A stretch of DNA of 64,000 nucleotides from Myxococcota bacterium (GTDB lineage: Bacteria; Myxococcota_A; Bradymonadia; UBA7976; UBA1532), in NCBI GenBank assembly GCA_036337435.1, contig JAYZEG010000001.1, positions 32,001 through 96,000 of the forward strand, given 5' to 3'. The notes under the pieces are model-generated. The model was not told the origin of the DNA, did not search any database, and worked only from the letters and a program-made list of their open reading frames with translations. Made by a program: the position numbers and the translations under genes. Position 1 is the stretch's first letter. Each line of letters begins with the position of its first letter. Shown piece after piece: positions 59,403-64,000 of the stretch.

Positions 59403-61055
59403 CTATGTCAAACGCAGAAAATCCAACTGATGCATCATCGCTATGACACGACTCGCATAGGTGCTGTCGATACCAGGCAGGGCTGTCAAGCGGTTGAGCT
59501 GTTCGGACACCGTCAAGCCGTCGGAGACTGAATTCCAAACCCGGAGCTGTCGGGTTCCGAGTCGGATATCACTTAACTTAAGAAATCGGTGCTCAAGCGA
59601 ACTGAGCCTATCGTTGGTATGGGTCGAGATGAAATTGTCGATTTGATTTTGAGGAGTGCGTGCCATAATCCCATGATTAAGCAGTGCGAAAATTGACTGG
59701 TTGGGCGAAAATGTAAAGGTTTGCTCAACCATCTCTCCAGAGAAAAAATAAGGGCCTTTTTCCCGACCACAGAGCGCGAGCAACGTGTCTGAACTATAGG
59801 CCTGTAACGCGTCCAATAATGCGTGATATCCAACCCGACCAAGGGCGACTACACCTTTGATCAAGGCACTTTCATCAGTTTCATCAGAAAGTCCAGCAGT
59901 CACTAAGTCATCGCGACTCACCAAGCCTCTATCCGCGATGTAGTCGGCCAAGCGACTTCCCTGGGCATGGGCGCGTGTCCGAACGATCGTGCCGTCGACC
60001 CAGTGGATATCAACGTGCCCCGAGGCACCGTGGAGCTGTAGTTGTCCGGTCACTCGGGTCACGGCATAACGATAAATTAAGCGGGGCAAATCAATGCCAG
60101 ATACATCACCCTGGTAGAGCGCGTGTTCGGGAATTTCAACCCGTTGGACAGCTGCCACCTTAAAAGCTTTCAAACGAGGCGCACCCATGGCCAAAACCTG
60201 CATGCTGGACTGGGAAATGATGCGGCGTGCCCCATCTGGAATGGAAGCCAATTGTTGTTTCTGGCTTCGTTCTTTTGCCTGTTCGACGGCCCTTTCGCGC
60301 TTGAAGACGGACTCCAGCATCGCGAGGTCACCCGAATCGAACGGAGGACTGACTTCGAGCAGACCTTCGACGAGTTGACCCACTGGTGTCTCCTTCAGGT
60401 CTCGACTGAGGGTCTGTCTGAGCCACTCAGATATCTCATCGGGAATGGCATGACCGGCATTAATTTTATTCGCATTAATCAATGCCGTTCCAAACCAATC
60501 AACAACCTCATCTATCGCCTGTTTTCGGTAATGGTCCATTTTGAATTGGTCCGCCGGCAACACGCGAAGACCGTCCCAACCAACGCGGACACACCCCGTG
60601 TAATCAACCCATAGATTCTCTACATCGAAGCTGGCTGCCCAGACGCGTTCCTGACAACTGAAAAGCGTATCGATAGCGGCCAAAGCTTGGGTTGCTAAAT
60701 GGCACATCAAAGAAATACTTGGCGGCACTTGTAGAGCATCGCATCGACTCAAGAGACGTCCAAGTGTATGCCCAGGAGGGATGTGGCCGGCAATGTAATA
60801 GTCCTTGCCAACCATACCGAAGTCGTGAATTGGACAAAGGGTCTCTTTTGAGGTCTCGCTGAAGGATTCAGCGGTTGCGATCAAGTCTTTTACAATGTTC
60901 TCATGGCTAACCCATTTGCTCTTCAGCTGCTGGACTACCAGATTTTGGAAGCTGTCTTTTTGGACGGAGACCGCGCGCCAAAAACAACCTTTCTGACCTC
61001 GATGACGCTGCTCAAACAAGAGAAAAGGTCCGAATTGTATCATGCCTGGATTCAT
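59403..61055 (-). CDS. Degenerate Ser/Thr kinase-like domain fused to DUF4388-like domain
   Basis: FGPFLL, IHDFGMVGKDYYIA...G.TL..LL, ENLWVDYTG.VRV kinase scaffold; YQGDV...DLPRLI.......TGQL...I.WVDG domain. Confidence 0.7.
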   Translation of the reverse strand: MNPGMIQFGPFLLFEQRHRGQKGCFWRAVSVQKDSFQNLVVQQLKSKWVSHENIVKDLIATAESFSETSKETLCPIHDFGMVGKDYYIAGHIPPGHTLGRLLSRCDALQVPPSISLMCHLATQALAAIDTLFSCQERVWAASFDVENLWVDYTGCVRVGWDGLRVLPADQFKMDHYRKQAIDEVVDWFGTALINANKINAGHAIPDEISEWLRQTLSRDLKETPVGQLVEGLLEVSPPFDSGDLAMLESVFKRERAVEQAKERSQKQQLASIPDGARRIISQSSMQVLAMGAPRLKAFKVAAVQRVEIPEHALYQGDVSGIDLPRLIYRYAVTRVTGQLQLHGASGHVDIHWVDGTIVRTRAHAQGSRLADYIADRGLVSRDDLVTAGLSDETDESALIKGVVALGRVGYHALLDALQAYSSDTLLALCGREKGPYFFSGEMVEQTFTFSPNQSIFALLNHGIMARTPQNQIDNFISTHTNDRLSSLEHRFLKLSDIRLGTRQLRVWNSVSDGLTVSEQLNRLTALPGIDSTYASRVIAMMHQLDFLRLT

Positions 61056-61349
61056 TACTCGTAACCCATTTGGACATCGACTCCGCCGTTTACGGCTGCT
61101 GGTGACGCAGAAGGCTTTGAACGTAGCATACGCAAACTAGAGGCTCGCTGAGAAGAGTAAAGACAGGTCGATGGATCGCGGTCCGGGATGACAACCGTGC
61201 CTGAGATCGTCGACAGCATCCCCAGAGATCACTCAGTAAGGTACGTGCTCAAGCTAAAAAAGAAGGCTAAAGCGAGACTAAGGTTGATCCCGCATAGGTC
61301 CGTCGAATAGACTCTGCGCCCGACCCACTGGTCTTGAATTAGGGCAGCT

Positions 61350-62678
61350 ATGACGGCTCAAACAGATACGTTGATAATTGGTGCAGGCCTCGCTGGCCTA
61401 TCGACAGGCTTACATCTGAGCGGCTCGGACTTCCTGATCGTGGACAGTCAGACCTATGTCGGCGGAAAGGCCCGAAGCGAAAAAATCGATGGTTTTACCT
61501 TTGATGTTACCGGACACTGGTTACACTTACGGGATCCCTATATTCGCAAAATGGTTCTCGAATTGATGGGTGATGACCATTTTCTTCGCATCAGGAGAAT
61601 GAGCCGAATTTGGTCCCACGGGGTCTATACGCGCTATCCATTTCAGGCAAATACATACGGCTTGCCAGCAGAGGTCATCCATGAGTGTGTCATGGGCGCG
61701 ATCGAGGCAGACCGAAAACGAAGTGATGCTGGCGAAGAGAGCGAAGAGCCTCAGAATTTCGCGGATTGGATTCGTTATTACTTCGGAGACGGCATCGCAC
61801 GCCACTTCATGATTCCATATAATGCCAAATTATGGGGCGTCTCCGCTGATACGATCACGAGTCGCTGGTGCCAACGATTTGTCCCCAGACCGCAACTCGA
61901 TGACATCGTGGCTGGTGCCGTTGGCGTCAACGATAACGAAATGGGCTATAATGCCGAATTTCTTTATCCAAAAAGTGGTGGCATACAGACGGTTGCAACA
62001 GCCATTGCAGACGCGATTGGTCATGACAAGATTAGGCTTGAGGCACGGGTCGCTCAAATCGATCTCGACGCTAAGCTAGTGACCTTGGGCAATGGCCAAA
62101 AAATCCATTATCGAAGATTGGTCAATACGATGGCCCTACCAAGCTTTCTCGACGCCATCGAACAGGTGCCAGCCGAAGTACAGTCCGCCCGAGGGCAACT
62201 TGTTGCAAACGAAGTGGTCTACTTAAACGTTGGCATCGATGGACCGTTGGGACAGCCAGACCATTGGATCTACGTGCCGGAAGACGCGTGGCCCATGTAC
62301 CGTGTGGGGTCGTTTAGCAACGCAAATCCTGCAATGGCACCGGCGGGTTGTTCATCGCTCTACATCGAACTCTCTGACCGGGATACACCCCTCAACGTGC
62401 TGCGTCCGAAAATTGAAGAAGGTCTGATCGCGATGGGGTTGATCGAGACGGCCGAAAATGTTCGATTTATGGAGGAGCGTCGCATCAAAAACGCGTATGT
62501 GATCTACGATTTTGACTATCACCAGTCACGCGACACCATCCATGAGTGGTTGCAGGCTGTCGGCGTCTTTAGTATTGGACGGTACGGTGACTGGAACTAC
62601 TCAAGTATGGAAGATGCTCTCATAGACGGCCGCCGAACGGCGGCTGAGATATTGGAAAAGACCCATGACCAAGGCTAA
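61350..62678 (+). CDS. FAD-dependent enzyme, UDP-galactopyranose-mutase-like / HemY-like
   Basis: IIGAGLAGL, GGKARS, FDVTGH, YPFQAN, YNAKLW, GRYGDWNY. Confidence 0.8.
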   Translation: MTAQTDTLIIGAGLAGLSTGLHLSGSDFLIVDSQTYVGGKARSEKIDGFTFDVTGHWLHLRDPYIRKMVLELMGDDHFLRIRRMSRIWSHGVYTRYPFQANTYGLPAEVIHECVMGAIEADRKRSDAGEESEEPQNFADWIRYYFGDGIARHFMIPYNAKLWGVSADTITSRWCQRFVPRPQLDDIVAGAVGVNDNEMGYNAEFLYPKSGGIQTVATAIADAIGHDKIRLEARVAQIDLDAKLVTLGNGQKIHYRRLVNTMALPSFLDAIEQVPAEVQSARGQLVANEVVYLNVGIDGPLGQPDHWIYVPEDAWPMYRVGSFSNANPAMAPAGCSSLYIELSDRDTPLNVLRPKIEEGLIAMGLIETAENVRFMEERRIKNAYVIYDFDYHQSRDTIHEWLQAVGVFSIGRYGDWNYSSMEDALIDGRRTAAEILEKTHDQG

Positions 62679-63411
62679 GAACGGTCAGACCTCCCCAGAG
62701 GTAAGTATCGTTATACCCGTGTACAATGAAGAGGGAATCCTGTCGGCGAGCTTGTCGGACTTGGTTCGGCAGCTGGGTCACGAATCCCTCGATTACGAAA
62801 TCATCGTAGCAGAAAACGGGTCGACGGACCGGACCGTAGAAATCGCGAGTGCCTTCGCGGAAGACCATGAGCAGGTCCGCTTCTTCAGTATTGGGGAGCC
62901 AAATTATGGAAAAGCGTTGCGCGAAGGGATCAGACAAGCCCGAGGGGAATTCGTGATCTGTGATGAGATCGACCTGTGCGACGTGGCGTTTTACCGAGAA
63001 GCACTTCCGCACTTACGGGATGGGTGCGACCTGGTCGTGGGCAGTAAAAGAGCACCGGGCGCACGGGATCGACGACCAGCCTATCGGAGGTTCGCAACTC
63101 AAATTCTCAATGGCATGCTGAGGGTCGCCGTCGGGTTCAAGGGCACGGACACCCATGGGCTAAAAGCGTTTCGTCGCGAAGCATTACTCGGTGTCGTCAA
63201 TGACTGCGTGGTCGATAAAGACATGTTTGCAAGCGAGTTTGTGGTACGAACCCACCGCTCCGACCACTCCTGGATGGAAGTTCCCATCGACCTCGTTGAG
63301 AAACGACCACCGTCTGTTCACTTATTTCGACGCGTCCCAAATGTGTTGAAAAATATTGTCAGACTAACAGCGATTATTCGGCTTGGTCGCGATCTTCCGA
63401 AACGGCGATGA
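62665..63411 (+). CDS. GT2 glycosyltransferase (dolichyl-phosphate sugar synthase-like)
   Basis: SIVIPVYNEE, ENGSTD.T, YGKALREG, EID, DTHGLKAFRR. Confidence 0.9.
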   Translation: MTKAKNGQTSPEVSIVIPVYNEEGILSASLSDLVRQLGHESLDYEIIVAENGSTDRTVEIASAFAEDHEQVRFFSIGEPNYGKALREGIRQARGEFVICDEIDLCDVAFYREALPHLRDGCDLVVGSKRAPGARDRRPAYRRFATQILNGMLRVAVGFKGTDTHGLKAFRREALLGVVNDCVVDKDMFASEFVVRTHRSDHSWMEVPIDLVEKRPPSVHLFRRVPNVLKNIVRLTAIIRLGRDLPKRR

Positions 63412-64000
63412 CCATCAAGACAGCCAGTGTCGGTGTAGACGTCGACAGCCTACACCATTATTACCGTATCCATGGACTTGAAGAATCAAAAGCAAGCAAC
63501 GCTGCATGGGATGTTGGCGTCAGCCGCTTCCTTGAGCTCTTCGATGAACTGGGCATCCAAGCGACATTCTACTGCATTGGTGAAGATCTCGAACTTGGTG
63601 AAAACCAAAAACGAATTCGAGAGGTCGCCGACCTAGGACATGAAATTGGAAATCATTCGCTCAATCATCGATACGATTTAACCCAGCTAAATCGAGACGC
63701 CATGTTGGTTGAAGTGGCTCGTAGCAGGGCCGTTTTAGGCGAGGCTGCGGGTGCGGATGTCGTTGGCTTCCGGTCACCCGGATACAATACCAATCAACAA
63801 CTGCTCGAGGTTGTTGAAGAGTCCGGTCACACCTATGACTCAAGCGTCTTTCCATGTGTTCCCTATTTTCTGGCCAAGGCCTCTGTCATGGCCTGGTTGG
63901 CCGCACGCGGAAAACCATCGAAGAGCATTCTGGGCACTCCGAAAGTTCTTGTTGCCCCAAAGCAGCCCTATCGAATGAATGCTCGTAATCCCTATCGACG
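63408..64000 (+). CDS. Polysaccharide deacetylase (CE4/NodB), truncated by window end
   Basis: Absent from the ORF track; read by hand from ATG 63408: MTIKTASVGVDVDSLHHYYRIHG...ATFYCIG...GHEIGNHSLNH...GFRSPGY...YDSS. Confidence 0.88.
   Translation, partial: MTIKTASVGVDVDSLHHYYRIHGLEESKASNAAWDVGVSRFLELFDELGIQATFYCIGEDLELGENQKRIREVADLGHEIGNHSLNHRYDLTQLNRDAMLVEVARSRAVLGEAAGADVVGFRSPGYNTNQQLLEVVEESGHTYDSSVFPCVPYFLAKASVMAWLAARGKPSKSILGTPKVLVAPKQPYRMNARNPYR

Noticed and set aside
1..64000. CRISPR arrays, IS elements, integrases, prophage, defence islands, rRNA/tRNA
   Set aside because: No repeat-spacer periodicity, recombinase motifs or RNA gene signatures seen by eye; short elements could have been missed

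Overview
Gene-dense bacterial chromosome segment of moderate GC, almost certainly from a Myxococcota/deltaproteobacterial lineage. This is inferred from MYXO-CTERM-like tails, DUF2330 paralogues, Cys-rich lipoproteins, DUF4388-type signalling proteins and an FHA-GAF sigma54 activator. It is mostly core and housekeeping DNA: icmF, an amidase, pteridine reductase-like SDR, nth, an MMPL/LolA-like/outer-membrane triad, pdxST, fbaB, cnoX, glpK plus a lipase, adk, a cyclophilin, an RluA-family synthase, def-fmt-rsmB-rpe, a type IIA topoisomerase pair in A-then-B order, priA, yciO-like, yhbY, apbC, a rhomboid, queF, and the start of a surface-glycan cluster truncated by the window end. I saw no rRNA, tRNA, CRISPR array, transposase, integrase or prophage. 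The most interesting observations are: (i) an AT-rich tract with tandem DnaA boxes (origin-like or DnaA-regulated) before an orphan gene; (ii) a stand-alone protein resembling sigma70 region 4 without its HTH, behind a 520-nt spacer full of overlapping inverted repeats; (iii) two catalytically degenerate DUF4388 signalling proteins; (iv) an atypical topoisomerase; (v) enzymes resembling eukaryote-type FAAH, UDP-galactopyranose mutase and plastid adenylate kinase. All family calls come from motif recognition by eye; no searches were run.
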